Positions 62,313 to 64,000 of a stretch of 64,000 nt of DNA are shown piece by piece (position 1 is the first letter of the stretch; each line of letters opens with the position of its first letter). This DNA is from Pecten maximus. Lineage: Eukaryota. The stretch covers positions 30,628,001-30,692,000 of the forward strand of contig NC_047032.1 in NCBI RefSeq assembly GCF_902652985.1. The letters are read 5' to 3'. Made by a program: the position numbers and the translations under genes. Under the pieces are notes generated by a model, which was not told the origin of the DNA, did no database searches, and saw only the letters and a program-made list of their open reading frames with translations.

Positions 62313-63930
62313 AACCTGTATGATGTACAACAAACTCAGAGTGATCATCGTCCAACAAGAAACCTGTATGATGTACAACAAACTCAGAGTGATCATCGTC
62401 CAACAAGTAACCTGTGTGATGTACAACAAACTCAGAGTGATCATCGTCCAACAAGAAACCTGTATGATGTACAACAAACTCAGAGTGATCATTGTTCAAC
62501 AAGTAACCTGTATGATGTACAACAAACTCAGAGTTATCATCGTCCAACAAGTAACCTGTATGATGTACAACAAACTCAGAGTTATCATCGTCCAACAAGA
62601 AACCTGTTTGATGTACAACAAACTCAGAGTGATCATCGTCCAACAAGTAACCTGTATGATGTACAACAAACTCAGAGTGATCATCGTCCAACAAGAAACC
62701 TGTATGATGTACAACAAACTCAGAGTGATCATTGTCCAACAAGTAACCTGTATGATGTACAACAAACTCAGAGTTATCATCGTCCAACAAGTAACCTGTA
62801 TGATGTACAACAAACTCAGAGTTATCATCGTCCAACAAGAAACCTGTTTGATGTACAATAAACTCAGAGTGATCATCGTCCAACAAGTAACCTGTATGAT
62901 GTACAACAAACTCAGAGTTATCATCGTCCAACAAGTAACCTGTATGATGTACAACAAACTCGGAGTGATCATCGTCCAACAAGTAACCTGTATGATGTAC
63001 AACAAACTCAGAGTGATCATCGTCCAACAAGAAACCTGTATGATGTACAACAAACTCAGAGTGATCATTGTCCAACAAGTAACCTGTATGATGTACAACA
63101 AACTCAGAGTTATCATCGTCCAACAAGTAACCTGTATGATGTACAACAAACTCAGTTATCATCGTCCAACAAGAAACCTGTTTGATGTACAACAAACTCA
63201 GAGTGATCATCGTCCAACAAGTAACCTGTATGATGTACAACAAACTCAGAGTTATCATCGTCCAACAAGTAACCTGTATGATGTACAACAAACTCAGAGT
63301 GATCATCGTCCAACAAGTAACCTGTATGATGTACAACAAACTCAGAGTGATCATCGTCCAACAAGTAACCTGTATGATGTACAACAAACTCAGAGTGATC
63401 ATCGTCCAACAAGAAACCTGTATGATGTACAACAAACTCAGAGTTATCATCGTCCAACAAGAAACCTGTTTGATGTACAACAAACTCAGAGTGATCATCG
63501 TCCAACAAGTAACCTGTATGATGTACAATAAACTGAGAGTTATCATCGTCCAACAAGTAACCTGTATGATGTACAACAAACTCAGAGTTATCATCGTCCA
63601 ACAAGTAACCTGTATGATGTACAACAAACTCAGAGTTATCATCGTCCAACAAGTAACCTGTATGATGTACAACAAACTCAGAGTTATCATCGTCCAACAA
63701 GTAACCTGTATGATGTACAACAAACTCAGAGTTATCATCGTCCAACAAGTAACCTGTATGATGTACAACAAACTCAGAGTGATCATCGTCCAACAAGTAA
63801 CCTGTATGATGTACAACAAACTCAGAGTGATCATCGTCCAACAAGTAACCTGTATGATGTACAACAAACTCAGAGTGATCATCGTCCAACAAGTAACCTG
63901 TATGATGTACAACAAACTCAGAGTAATCGT
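62313..63930 (-). repeat. Minisatellite, 48-bp unit, about 34 copies
   Basis: aacctgtatgatgtacaacaaactcagagtgatcatcgtccaacaagt; one 46-bp unit near 63153. Confidence 0.98.
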
Positions 63931-64000
63931 CGTCATAAGCGGCAAAACCATCCAAATCATCCTCATCAGCAGCATCATTCTCCTTATCAAGGAAGCCAAT
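63899..64000 (-). CDS. Probable 3' end of a coding exon of an unidentified gene (continues beyond the window)
   Basis: Unique sequence reads IGFLDKENDAADEDDLDGFAAYDDDYSEFVVHHT(G) without a stop and ends at CAG|GT, where the array starts. Confidence 0.4.

Noticed and set aside
62299-63999. 566-aa and 403-aa ORFs as real membrane-like proteins
   Set aside because: These are stop-free frames of a 48-bp repeat that switch frame at an indel; only the acidic frame connects to plausible unique coding sequence.

Overview
AT-rich, repeat-dense eukaryotic DNA, most likely a bivalve mollusc (inferred from the SINE domain types, LINE clades and minisatellite style). The only clear host coding sequence is an intronless rhodopsin-class neuropeptide GPCR of the FMRFamide/myosuppressin/sex-peptide-receptor-like group (31735-33081, +). 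A probable exon end of a second, minus-strand gene lies at the right edge. Next to the GPCR is an apparently intact full-length non-LTR retrotransposon (RTE-X-like; ORF1 plus APE-RT ORF2). It has a 35-bp target-site duplication and is nested in a TTAA-flanked Kolobok-like MITE. The rest is decayed transposons (mariner, Harbinger, Gypsy, CR1/L2, Tx1/L1, RTE-X), tRNA-derived SINEs, MITEs/foldbacks and about 18 minisatellite arrays. The most notable observations are: (i) a family of about 220-250-bp elements with a DIRS-style internal copy of their own circle junction; (ii) the long-TSD LINE with a tail matching its target; (iii) a minisatellite whose origin inside a SINE can be traced base by base; (iv) E-box/ETS/TATA-bearing tandem arrays bracketing the GPCR; (v) an apparent exon end plus splice donor amplified about 34 times. 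No CRISPR array, rRNA or true tRNA gene is supported. Family assignments come from motif recognition, not database searches.
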